Shown here: piece by piece, positions 22,216 through 31,744 of the stretch
Numbering within the stretch: position 1 is the first letter of the stretch
How the letters are laid out: the number at the start of each line of letters is the position of its first letter
Assembly (NCBI GenBank): GCA_027492035.1
Contig: JAOZFT010000015.1
Span: forward strand, 1-64,000
Source: Thermoproteota archaeon
GTDB taxonomy: Archaea > Korarchaeota > JAOZGF01 > JAOZFZ01
Length of the DNA stretch: 64,000 bases
Direction: 5' to 3'
Notes under the pieces: generated by a model
What the model was told of the DNA's origin: nothing
Seen by the model: only the letters and a program-made list of their open reading frames with translations
Database searches by the model: none
Translations under genes and position numbers: made by a program

Positions 22216-23616
22216 TTAGCCTTTTAAGATAGGTGGTATTTCAAGTTTAGCTTCAGCAACATCTGCAGGCCATATTGGTTTTGATTGTCCACCTTTCCAT
22301 TGAAGCAATGGGAAGTGGAAGTGCTGTGCATCAGCAACTGTTTCTTGGAAGTGGCCTATTAATCTGCCGCTGGCATCGGTACAGTTTATTTTGTCGCATA
22401 TCTTTATGTTCATAAAGAGTCCTTTGTAGTCCATACTTAACAACGCAGCTCTTATTTTGTCAGGATCCATGCTTCCAGCTTTGTTTAAAGCATCTATTAA
22501 CATCGAGAATTGGTCATGTGCCCAGTAACCACACACTACGGCTGAGGGTGTATAACCTAGCTGTGCTTTGTATTTGTTTACCCACGCCTTCTGTTCATCT
22601 GTTAAAACTGCAGTGGCATCCATGCTTAATACGTAATCTGAAGCCTCTCCTACTGCAGGGTACCACTCATCTACTGAGAACCATCCTATACCGAACGATG
22701 CAACAAATGCTTTCAGTTTCATTTCATGAACCTGTTTAAGGAACGCTGTCAAGCTTGGGAGGCCAGTAGAAACTTGGTAAACCAAACTGATGTCAGCTGA
22801 CTTATATTTGCTGATTAATGGCGTAAAGTCTGTTTCTGGCGGTGACAAGGTGAAGACGTCATAGTAGACTACTTGCCACCCGGCTTTTTCGAAAGCAGCT
22901 TTTAATGCATCCCCCATTCCTCTACCGTAATCTGTGTCTTCAACAAGTAAAGCAACTTTTTTGTTTCTTGGCGTGTACCCTGCATCCTTTAATACTTCTT
23001 GGAAAGCAGGTACGAATAAGCTGGCATAAATTGGTGGACATGGCCAAAGTTTGAACCAGTACTTGCTCTCGTCAGGATTCTTTATTCTTTTATAGCATAG
23101 GAATTGAGTTTCCCCTACTGAACCCCAATGAATCTTATGATACCTTGTAGAAATCTTGTATAGTGCCATTGCTACTGAACTGTGCCAGTTTCCTCCTAAT
23201 ATGTCAGCTCCAAGCCTTACAATCGCGTCTTCGTAGGCTTTAACAGCTTCTTCTGGGTCTGATTTCGAATCAACCCAAATAAACTGTATGTCCCTCAGTT
23301 TTCCATCCACATACACTGGAATTTTTCCTTGCGCTTTTAATTCATTATAAGTGAAAAGAATAGCATCTTTGTATTGTTCTCCTGTTCGTGCAGCAGGTCC
23401 TGTTAAAGGGGCCACAAGTGCTATTTTGATAGGTGGCCCTGTCGGAGTTGGTGAAGCTGTTGGTGTAGCTGTAGGAGATGCTGTAGCTGTTGGTGTAGGT
23501 GTTGGAGTGGGTGAAGGAGGCTGCCCCACGCATCCAGATAGTACCAGAATAGCAATGAGGAAGAAAGGAAGTACGTACTTACCTGAACCTATATATTTTG
23601 CCTTCATGATAGGCAC
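22216..23616 (-). CDS. livK: LivK-type ABC substrate-binding lipoprotein
   Basis: Lipobox LSGC, Pro/Thr linker (PSPTPTPTPTATASPTATPT), IKIALVAPLTGPAA, EDTDYGRG. Confidence 0.85.
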   Translation of the reverse strand: MPIMKAKYIGSGKYVLPFFLIAILVLSGCVGQPPSPTPTPTPTATASPTATPTASPTPTGPPIKIALVAPLTGPAARTGEQYKDAILFTYNELKAQGKIPVYVDGKLRDIQFIWVDSKSDPEEAVKAYEDAIVRLGADILGGNWHSSVAMALYKISTRYHKIHWGSVGETQFLCYKRIKNPDESKYWFKLWPCPPIYASLFVPAFQEVLKDAGYTPRNKKVALLVEDTDYGRGMGDALKAAFEKAGWQVVYYDVFTLSPPETDFTPLISKYKSADISLVYQVSTGLPSLTAFLKQVHEMKLKAFVASFGIGWFSVDEWYPAVGEASDYVLSMDATAVLTDEQKAWVNKYKAQLGYTPSAVVCGYWAHDQFSMLIDALNKAGSMDPDKIRAALLSMDYKGLFMNIKICDKINCTDASGRLIGHFQETVADAQHFHFPLLQWKGGQSKPIWPADVAEAKLEIPPILKG

Positions 23617-24139
23617 CTAGAAGTTGGAAAACTTCCATTACTCTCTTGAATCTTTCACTCTCATGATTATTTTTTAAGACTAAACTTTAAGTAAAATTTA
23701 TAAATCTTACCCTTTTTCCCCCTGACGTTCATCTTAATAATCCATATTTAAATTCTTTTACAACTCTGCAATTAAGTTTCCTGACAAATTTAGTAAGATA
23801 CACGTATAAAACAGCTGTTTTTCAAGCGTAAATTAGGTAAAGTGTTGTATACTCTTTAAGTTCATGGTTTAAAATCGTTAAAATAATAATGATACCCTGA
23901 TAGAAATACTATAAAGGCTCTTTTCTAGTATTATTGTTTATGGAAAAATTGGAAGATGGGTTACGTATATTCAAAAATTGTTCTATGAAAATGCAAGAAA
24001 TAAAAATAAAAGATAAAATTTTTAAAGGAAAAATTAAGTATAAGATGCTTCAATTAATTCCTTACAAAAACCTTTTCTCACTTAATTAGATAAGAGAAAG
24101 GGAGTCTTTTTCCTTCAGGAGGATACGGGGGGAATTGAT

Positions 24140-25030
24140 TTGATTTCGCCGGTTGAATTGTTGATAGTAAGCTTGTTAAGGGGATCTTTATACGTTTTAA
24201 TTTCAGCAAGCCTTGCTATGCTCTTCGGTATAATCTCTGTAGCTAGTTTTTGCCATGGCGACTTTGCTATGCTAGGAGGATATCTTTCGTACTTTCTACT
24301 GGTTTCATTGGGACTTAACCCTATCCTGGCACTGGTGTTAACTGCTGCTGTAATGTTCCTTTTCGGATGCTTAATCGAGAAATCACTACTTTTCCCACTC
24401 CGCAAAACTAGTGGAAAACTTTGGATGTTCTATACATTTGTTTTAACGCTTGGTATATCCCAAGTTTTGGAGAATGGTGCATTAGCTGCTTTTGGAGCGG
24501 CCTTTCTGGGCATTAAAAGCTTATGGCCTGGAAACATTAATTTACTGGGTACAGCAACTTCTTTAGATAGGTTTGCTATACTTGGAATAAGTGTAGGCAT
24601 AGTTGTGGTTTTCTGGTTTTTCTTAAAATACACCAAAATTGGTCGAGCTATTAGGGCTGTAGGTATAAATGAGGAAGCTGCTTCGATTTTTGGGGTAAAC
24701 GTAAACTTCATTTATACATTAACCTTTGGTTTGTCTGCATTATTAGCAGGGATAGGTGGCCTTTTTTACATGGTGCTTTTCACAACGTATCCCTTAATGG
24801 GAGTTACTGCGAACTTAAAAGCTTGGATAGTTGTGGTAACAGCGGGTCTCGGTAACATAAAGGGAGCTATTTACTGTAGTTTTCTATTATCCTTTGCAGA
24901 GACACTAGCTTACACTTTCCTTTCTGCTGGGTGGCAAAACGTTATTTCCATAATCATTGTAGCTTTAATTCTCCTGTTCAAACCCACAGGTCTTTTCGGT
25001 ACGGAGGTTAAAGGGATATGGGAGAGATAA
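24140..25030 (+). CDS. livH: LivH-type ABC permease
   Basis: FCHGDFAMLGGY, TKIGRAIRAV..NEEAASIFGVN, GLGNIKGA. Confidence 0.9.
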   Translation: MISPVELLIVSLLRGSLYVLISASLAMLFGIISVASFCHGDFAMLGGYLSYFLLVSLGLNPILALVLTAAVMFLFGCLIEKSLLFPLRKTSGKLWMFYTFVLTLGISQVLENGALAAFGAAFLGIKSLWPGNINLLGTATSLDRFAILGISVGIVVVFWFFLKYTKIGRAIRAVGINEEAASIFGVNVNFIYTLTFGLSALLAGIGGLFYMVLFTTYPLMGVTANLKAWIVVVTAGLGNIKGAIYCSFLLSFAETLAYTFLSAGWQNVISIIIVALILLFKPTGLFGTEVKGIWER

Positions 25031-25974
25031 ACCTTCCGAAGCTAAAAACATTCAAAATACTCCCATACTTACTATTTGTGGTTGCACTTGTACCACCTTT
25101 GTTTAAAAACGAATACCTTAACAGCGTACTTATTTCAATTTTCCTGTGGGCAGCCATAGGGGCCTCCTTTGACCTCACTGCTGGCTTTATAAGAGTGACA
25201 AACTTTGGATATGCAGGCTTTTTTGCTATAGGAGCTTACACTTCAGGGTTATTAGCTTTATATTTCAATATATCTCCATGGATAGGAGTATTTCCTGCTG
25301 TGGCATTTGCTGCTGCTCTCGGTGCTCTTGTAGGTTTGTTGACTCTGAGGCTGCATGGAATCTATGCTGCAGTTTTCAGTTGGTTCCTTGCAGAAACAAT
25401 TAAGTACATACTTGCAGCAGCTTCAGATATAACAAGGGGATATCAGGGTTTAATGAATCCGCCTCTCTTCCCAGGAATTAGTAGGTTTCCATATTATTAC
25501 TTCATACTTGGCATCTTAGCCTTTGAAATAATAATCCTTACAAAAATAGCTAGGGGTAAAATGGGTTTTGCCTTTAGGGTAATAGGAGAAGATGAAACAG
25601 CAGCAAAGTCCATAGGGGTCAATGTGCTCTATTACAAAGTTTCCGCCTTTACAATTTCGACCGCGTTTGCAGGTTTACTAGGAGTTTTTTATGCACATTA
25701 CATTGGAGTCATAACACCTGACGTAAGCAGTTTAGTAATAACTGTGCCTGCACTAGCAATTTGTTACGTAGGCGGAGTAGGTTCAATATGGGGATCAATA
25801 CCTTCTTCTTTTGTAATCATCACAATATTTGAGGCATTTAGAGAAATAGGAGCTTACAGATTCATAATCTACGGTGTGCTTTTAATAGTAGTCATGATAT
25901 GGGCAAGGACTGGACTTGTGGGTTTAATAAGAAAAGCAGCAGAAAAAATGAAAGTTACAGAAAAAGAAAAGTGA
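25018..25974 (+). CDS. livM: LivM-type ABC permease
   Basis: NFGYAGFFAIGAY, LRLHGIY, GEDETAAKSIGVN, GGVGSIWG. Confidence 0.9.
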   Translation: MGEINLPKLKTFKILPYLLFVVALVPPLFKNEYLNSVLISIFLWAAIGASFDLTAGFIRVTNFGYAGFFAIGAYTSGLLALYFNISPWIGVFPAVAFAAALGALVGLLTLRLHGIYAAVFSWFLAETIKYILAAASDITRGYQGLMNPPLFPGISRFPYYYFILGILAFEIIILTKIARGKMGFAFRVIGEDETAAKSIGVNVLYYKVSAFTISTAFAGLLGVFYAHYIGVITPDVSSLVITVPALAICYVGGVGSIWGSIPSSFVIITIFEAFREIGAYRFIIYGVLLIVVMIWARTGLVGLIRKAAEKMKVTEKEK

Positions 25975-26082
25975 CTAGCTTTCCCCTCTTTCATTTTTTG
26001 CTTTTTCTAGCAATGTTTCCTGGCCTTTAAAAGGTATTATTTAAGGTATCTGGGAAAAAATAGAGGAAGGGTTTGTAGGGGA

Positions 26083-26784
26083 TTAAAGTCCTAAGTATGC
26101 CTTTTTCACATGCTCAGACTCTAATAGTTCATTACCTGCTCCCTCCATGACTACCCTACCCTGCTCCATGAGATAACCCCTATTTGCCATCTTAAGTGCA
26201 CTTTCTACGTGTTGTTCAACCATTAATACAGTTATTCCCTCATCCCTCACCTTCTCAACCACTTTAAAAAGCTCTGCAACTAAGGTAGGCATTAAACCTA
26301 GGGACATTTCATCTATCATTAGAAATGAGGGTTTAAGCATTAATGCTCTTGCAACAGCAAGCATTTGTTGCTCTCCACCACTGAGGGTTCCAGCTAGTTG
26401 TCTCTTTCTTTCCTTTAACCTGGGGAACAGTTGATAAACAAACTCTAATGAATCCTTTATTTCTTCTTCATTTTTTAGGTATGCTCCCATGAGAAGATTT
26501 TCGAAAACAGTCATTTTTTCGAAAAGCTGCCGTCCCTCAGGCACCATCGCAACTCCAAGCTTAGCAATCCTGTGGGATGGAAGTTTACTTATCTCTGTTC
26601 CGTTAAAGAAAATTTTTCCCCTAGCCGGTTTAAGTAAACCTGCTACTGTTCTTAAAGTCGTTGTCTTCCCTGCTCCGTTAGGACCTATCAACGCAACAAT
26701 TTCTCCTTTTTCAACATGGAGCGAAAGCCCCCATAAGGCCTGAAACTTCCCGTAAAAAACATCTATTGTTTCAATCTTTAACAT
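26083..26784 (-). CDS. livF: LivF-type ABC ATP-binding protein
   Basis: GPNGAGKTT, VPEGRQLF, LSGGEQQMLA, VEQH, AYLG; likely start MLKIET at 26784. Confidence 0.93.
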   Translation of the reverse strand: MLKIETIDVFYGKFQALWGLSLHVEKGEIVALIGPNGAGKTTTLRTVAGLLKPARGKIFFNGTEISKLPSHRIAKLGVAMVPEGRQLFEKMTVFENLLMGAYLKNEEEIKDSLEFVYQLFPRLKERKRQLAGTLSGGEQQMLAVARALMLKPSFLMIDEMSLGLMPTLVAELFKVVEKVRDEGITVLMVEQHVESALKMANRGYLMEQGRVVMEGAGNELLESEHVKKAYLGL

Positions 26785-26797
26785 TCCTATATTCACC

Positions 26798-27538
26798 TTA
26801 GAAAATGTATTTCTTTCCAAGATAAGCTTTAATTACTGCTTCATTACTAGCTATTTCTTTGGGGGTTCCTTCAGCGATTTTTTCACCATAGTGGAGTACA
26901 ACTAACCTTTGTGCCACATTCATTATGAATCTCATGTTGTGATCTACAACTAAGGTTGTAACTCCTTTCTCATGAAGTTTATTTATTAAGTTAATCATTA
27001 TTGGTAATTCTGAAGGTGTTAAACCTGTTGCTGGTTCATCTAGTAGTATAAGGCTTGGGTCGGTTAATAACGCCCTAGCTAATTCTATCCTTTTCATTTC
27101 TACAACATTTAAACTTCCAGCTACTACATCCCTCTTCTCCACTGGAAACTCTACAAACTGCATAGTTTCTAAAGCAGATTTCTTTGCTTCTTTGAAATCT
27201 GACAATTCCTTTCTACCAAACATTATTCCACTCATAACATTTTCAAGTGCTGTCATGTTCACAAAAAGACGTGTAATTTGGAAAGTTCTAGCCACTCCTT
27301 TCTTGCAAATGTATTCAGGTTTCTTACCTGTGATATCTTCGTCTTCAAAGTACACTTTACCTTCCTCAGGTTTATAAATTCCATTTATTACATTTAGAAG
27401 TGTTGTCTTCCCTGCTCCGTTAGGACCAACTAAACCCAAAATCTCGCCTTTAAAAACATTCAAATTTACTTTGTTTACGGCTACAAGGCCGCGGAATCTT
27501 TTAACCACATTATCGGTCCTTAAAATTGTTTCTTCCAT
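26798..27538 (-). CDS. livG: LivG-type ABC ATP-binding protein
   Basis: FRGLVAV, GPNGAGKTT, ARTFQ, LDEPATGL, VIKAYLG; likely start MEETIL at 27538. Confidence 0.93.
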   Translation of the reverse strand: MEETILRTDNVVKRFRGLVAVNKVNLNVFKGEILGLVGPNGAGKTTLLNVINGIYKPEEGKVYFEDEDITGKKPEYICKKGVARTFQITRLFVNMTALENVMSGIMFGRKELSDFKEAKKSALETMQFVEFPVEKRDVVAGSLNVVEMKRIELARALLTDPSLILLDEPATGLTPSELPIMINLINKLHEKGVTTLVVDHNMRFIMNVAQRLVVLHYGEKIAEGTPKEIASNEAVIKAYLGKKYIF

Positions 27539-27643
27539 AAAAACACTCCTCACACCTGTCATTGCATATTTTTGGGGGATGAATTTAAAAAAAATGGGCA
27601 TCTGAATTTTATTTATTTTTTTCTCTCCATATTTGGTTGATGT

Positions 27644-27661
27644 TATATAAATATTTATATA
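27644..27661. promoter_or_regulatory. Back-to-back TATA palindrome in the divergent livG/mttB intergenic region
   Basis: TATATAAATATTTATATA is a perfect 18-bp palindrome; AT-only, so weak evidence. Confidence 0.35.
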
Positions 27662-27742
27662 TTATGCACTAGGTTTTAATTAAAGCTGAATATTCCCTTT
27701 CTTTATTGAATTTTTAAAGGGTTTAAAAAAATAACTTATGGA

Positions 27743-29209
27743 GTGGTTTCGGAATTGCGAGAAGGAGTTAAAGGGGGGCAATTAAGGATTTTAAGTAACG
27801 AAGATTTGCGGCAAATTTATGTAGCAACCCTTCATCTACTTGAAAAGCAAGGTGTAAAGGTGGAAAATGAAAAAGCCTTAAACATACTGGCTAAATCTGG
27901 CGCCATGGTGGATAAAAGGAGGAAAATTGCTAAAATTCCAGGCTACATGGTTGAGGAAGCAATTAAAAAGGCACCGAAAAGTATAAGGCTTTGCGGCAGA
28001 AACAGAAACCAAGATTTTATTCTTGAAGGAAAAAGAGCTTACTTTGGAAGTGGGGTGGGGACCACCCATATTTACGACCTTTATACTGGGGAATACAGAA
28101 AAACAAGGAAGAGAGACGTGGAGGACGCATTCAAGCTTTCAGATGCTCTTCCAAATATTGATCATGCCTGGGGGTTGTTCAGTTGTACAGACGTACCTTC
28201 CAGCGTTGTTGGGCTCCATGAGCTTGAAGCAGGTTTAACAAACACCACTAAACACATTTGCATCTACACTTGGCATGGCAAACCCCAAATAAATAAACAA
28301 ATTGAAATGGCTAAGTTAGTAGCTGGAGGTGAAGAAGAACTCAGGAAAAGGCCTCTTGTCACCCTCTACAATGAGCCCCATTCACCTCTAACCTACGGAA
28401 AAGATTATTTAGATTCCTTAATGGAGTGGGCTAAAGCTGGGTTGCCTCAAATTTGGTACCCAGCCCCTATGTCAGGGGCTACTTCACCTGTAACAATGGC
28501 TGGGACACTGGTTCAAGGCTGGGCTGAGTCATTAGGAGGATTGGTGATAGCTGAACTCATTAACCCAGGAACCCCTTTCATTGTAGGTACAGGTACTTTC
28601 CTCATGGATATGAAGACTTCCTCTATAGTTTATGCTTCAGCTGAATGTATGCTTTTAGCCGTTGCAATAGCCCAGATTGCCCATTATCTAGATATCCCTC
28701 TATTTGGATTGGCAGGAGCCTCAGATTCGCAAGTATTGGACGGGCAGGCATTAGCAGAATCAGCTATGTATCTTGCTATTTCAGCTTTAGCAGGTCAAAA
28801 CCTTATTCACGACTTAGGGTACCTAGCTTCAGGTTTAACGGGGAGTTTAGAACTTTTAACAATTTGTGATGAAATAGTGGCGATGGTTAAAAGGATAGCT
28901 AAAGGAATAAAAGTTAATGATGAAACATTAGCTTTGGGCGTAATAGAGAAAGTAGGTTTTGGAGGGAATTACTTAAAGGAGAAACATACAAGGAAACATT
29001 TCTGGACTGAACACTTAGTTCCAGATTTAATGAATAGAGACTTTCACTCTGGATGGGTGAAAAAGGGAGGCAAAACTTTGGAGGAGAGGGCTAGAGAAAA
29101 AACAAAGAAATTACTTAAAGAACATGAGGTTGAGCCTTTAGATAAAGAAGTAAAAAAGAAAATTGAAGAAATAATTAAGGAAACGACGAAAGAAACAACG
29201 AAAATATGA
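27743..29209 (+). CDS. mttB: MttB-superfamily quaternary-amine:corrinoid methyltransferase, pyrrolysine-free (copy 1)
   Basis: SPL, GATSPVTMAGTLVQ..AE, PGTPFI, MDMKT, SDSQVLDGQA, NLIHDLGYL; Ala (GCC 28718-28720) at the Pyl-equivalent site. Confidence 0.92.
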   Translation: MVSELREGVKGGQLRILSNEDLRQIYVATLHLLEKQGVKVENEKALNILAKSGAMVDKRRKIAKIPGYMVEEAIKKAPKSIRLCGRNRNQDFILEGKRAYFGSGVGTTHIYDLYTGEYRKTRKRDVEDAFKLSDALPNIDHAWGLFSCTDVPSSVVGLHELEAGLTNTTKHICIYTWHGKPQINKQIEMAKLVAGGEEELRKRPLVTLYNEPHSPLTYGKDYLDSLMEWAKAGLPQIWYPAPMSGATSPVTMAGTLVQGWAESLGGLVIAELINPGTPFIVGTGTFLMDMKTSSIVYASAECMLLAVAIAQIAHYLDIPLFGLAGASDSQVLDGQALAESAMYLAISALAGQNLIHDLGYLASGLTGSLELLTICDEIVAMVKRIAKGIKVNDETLALGVIEKVGFGGNYLKEKHTRKHFWTEHLVPDLMNRDFHSGWVKKGGKTLEERAREKTKKLLKEHEVEPLDKEVKKKIEEIIKETTKETTKI

Positions 29210-29226
29210 GTTTTGGAGGTGTTTAA

Positions 29227-30231
29227 ATGAAGTTTTCTCATTTTATCACATGTGTAGATTCCCACACAGCAGGTGAACCAACAAGAATAGTTACTTCAGG
29301 CGTACCTAAATTAAGAGGTAAAACTGTAGCTGAAAAAAGGGATTATTTCAAGGAAAATCTCGACTATTTACGAACCTTTCTCATGCATGAACCACGAGGC
29401 CATAACGACATGTTCGGGGCTGTAGTTGTTGAACCTTCTGACGAAAAGGCAGATTTAGGAATAATTTTTATTGACTGCGGGGGATACCTTGACGGCTGCG
29501 GCCACGGCACAATAGGTGTAGCTACGGTAGCTGTTAAAACAGGATTAATTGAAGCAAGAGAACCTGAAACAAAAATAACCATAGAAACCCCTTCAGGCCT
29601 TGTTGAAACAATATGTGAAATTAAGGATGGCCACGTTGAGGAAGTCAAGTTAAGGAATGTACCCTCATTCCTTTATGATACTAAGGAAGTGGATGTGCCT
29701 GGTTTCGGTAAAGTAGAGATTGACATAGCTTTTGGAGGAAACTTTTTCGCTATAGTTGACGTGAAACAAGTTAAACTTAAAATAAACCCCAAAAACTCCT
29801 TGAAACTGATAGATGCAGGGCTAAAAATAAGAGATGCAATTAATAAACAAGTGGAAGTTATACACCCAATGAAGAAATACATAAACAAAGTAAATTTGGT
29901 GGAGTTTTATGACGACCCGGATATCCCTGAAGCCCACTGCAAAAACGTCGTTGTTTTCGGTAATGGTCAAATAGATAGGTCCCCTTGCGGCACAGGCACA
30001 AGTGCAAAAATTGCAACCCTGTATGCGAAGGGGAAATTAAAACTTGGAGAAGAGTTCATCCATGAAAGCATATTGAAAACTGTTTTCCGTGGAAAAGCTT
30101 TGAAAGAAACAAAAATAGGGAAATTTAAGGGGATCATCCCGGAAATAAAGGGTAAAGCATACATCACTGGCTTCAATCAATTAGTGATGGACCCAAAAGA
30201 CCCTTTGAAACATGGGTTCCAATTAAAATGA
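29227..30231 (+). CDS. prdF: Proline racemase / hydroxyproline 2-epimerase
   Basis: DSHTAGEPTR, EPRGH, GCGHGT and DRSPCGTGT (both catalytic Cys present). Confidence 0.9.
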   Translation: MKFSHFITCVDSHTAGEPTRIVTSGVPKLRGKTVAEKRDYFKENLDYLRTFLMHEPRGHNDMFGAVVVEPSDEKADLGIIFIDCGGYLDGCGHGTIGVATVAVKTGLIEAREPETKITIETPSGLVETICEIKDGHVEEVKLRNVPSFLYDTKEVDVPGFGKVEIDIAFGGNFFAIVDVKQVKLKINPKNSLKLIDAGLKIRDAINKQVEVIHPMKKYINKVNLVEFYDDPDIPEAHCKNVVVFGNGQIDRSPCGTGTSAKIATLYAKGKLKLGEEFIHESILKTVFRGKALKETKIGKFKGIIPEIKGKAYITGFNQLVMDPKDPLKHGFQLK

Positions 30232-30365
30232 AAAAGGGTATCACCAGGGAAAAATTTTTGAAAAAAGTTTAAAAAAATGCTGCTTCATTCCTTCCTAAAA
30301 ATATCCTATAATTTTCTCACTCCCTATCTTTTAAGAAGGACCCTTTAAAGAGCGAGGCTTTTAAA

Positions 30366-31652
30366 GTGCCGAGATATGATGTAGTAGTGGTTGGGGCTGG
30401 AATTCTAGGTTTAACTTCAGCATATTACATAAAGAAGTGGAACCCGGACAAATCCGTCTTAGTTATTGATAAGTTCGCTTCAGCTGGCCAAGGGAACACT
30501 GCAAAAAGTGAAGCTTCATTCAGAAACGTTTTCTCCTCCAAGACAAATTTCTTTTTGGCTGACAGCTCTGTTGATTTTTATTTCCACCTCCAAAATGATC
30601 TAGGTTACAATCTTGGCTTGCATAAGATAGGATACTTATTTCTTTTAGGTGAAACAAGTTACAGAAAAGAAATAAATGTATTCAGAGAAGTTGAGAAGAA
30701 AGGGGTGGAAGTCGAGTACTTTGAAAAAGATGACTTGGAAAAAATGATTCCAGGCGTTGTTTTAGAATTCAGTAGCGAAGATGAGGAAGCTAAAAGACTT
30801 AACTTAGAAAACGTTGTGATGGGTGTTTTAGGTAAGAAATGCGGTTATTTAGACGCTGATTCGCTGGTGAAGTTTTACGAAGAAAGTTTTAAAAAAGAAG
30901 GAGGCCTTATTCAGTATAAAACATTGGTTACTGAATTAATTCTTGAACCCTTAGAAAAATACTGCATACCTGGTGAACCTTTTACGTGGCAAGAAGCAAA
31001 AATAATGGGAGTAAAAACAAATAGGGGGGAAATAAGGGCTGACACTGTGGTAGTGGCAGCAGGTGCTTGGTCAAACATCCTCCTTGACCCTGTAGGAATA
31101 GATGCAAGGGTGAAACCTAAGAAAAGACAAATTTTTGTGTTGAAAGGGGAAAGCCTTGAGCCATTATTTAACATTAAAGGGTTCAACAAGGAGAGGGTTC
31201 TTCCATTTGTGGCTATGCCTACAGCAGAGATTTACCTCAGGCCATGTATAGAGGAGAAAACTTTCTGGGTTGGTTGCACAGATGAGTTGGGGAGGAAATT
31301 TGAGCTCGAAGAAGACCCTCAACCAGAAAAATACTTTTACATTTACGGGATCAGGCTTGTACTGGAAAAGTACTTTCCCCATTTCAGGAACCTTAAACCG
31401 CTTAATGCATGGGCTGGTCAATACACACAAAACTCTTTAGATGCAAACCCTTACATTTTTGAGGAGGCTGGTGTAATAACTGTTACAGGAGCAAGTGGAA
31501 GCGGAATACTTAAAGGAGATGCAATCGGCAGAGTAGCAGCTGCTTTATATATGGGTGAAGACTACGCCGAACTTTATGGCGGAAGGAAATTTAAAGTAAG
31601 TGACCTTGGAGTGGATGAAAGAAAGGCTGAAAAGGAAGAGTTAGTGCTCTAA
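30366..31652 (+). CDS. Dye-linked L-proline dehydrogenase homologue (FAD; Aeropyrum/Pyrobaculum type)
   Basis: GAGILG, GEPFTWQEA, AAGAWSN, PKKR, LEEDPQPE, WAGQY..DANP, SGSGILKGDAIGRVAA and C-terminal LVL match my recollection of A. pernix L-ProDH. Confidence 0.8.
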   Translation: MPRYDVVVVGAGILGLTSAYYIKKWNPDKSVLVIDKFASAGQGNTAKSEASFRNVFSSKTNFFLADSSVDFYFHLQNDLGYNLGLHKIGYLFLLGETSYRKEINVFREVEKKGVEVEYFEKDDLEKMIPGVVLEFSSEDEEAKRLNLENVVMGVLGKKCGYLDADSLVKFYEESFKKEGGLIQYKTLVTELILEPLEKYCIPGEPFTWQEAKIMGVKTNRGEIRADTVVVAAGAWSNILLDPVGIDARVKPKKRQIFVLKGESLEPLFNIKGFNKERVLPFVAMPTAEIYLRPCIEEKTFWVGCTDELGRKFELEEDPQPEKYFYIYGIRLVLEKYFPHFRNLKPLNAWAGQYTQNSLDANPYIFEEAGVITVTGASGSGILKGDAIGRVAAALYMGEDYAELYGGRKFKVSDLGVDERKAEKEELVL

Positions 31653-31744
31653 TAAAAAAATTATTTATTTTCAAAAAGTTTGTTTACGAAGTTTTTTTGT
31701 AACCTACTCCTTTAAATTTTAACTTTTTAAGGAGTTAATTAGTT

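Noticed and set aside
23440-23520. Tandem repeat or CRISPR-like array
   Set aside because: Encodes the Pro/Thr/Ala linker of the LivK lipoprotein; no repeat-spacer structure seen anywhere in the window.
26660-27427. 26-bp identical tract in livF and livG (26660-26685 / 27402-27427)
   Set aside because: Covers the invariant GPNGAGKTT motif; short enough for protein constraint plus codon bias, though it echoes the cdc48 case.
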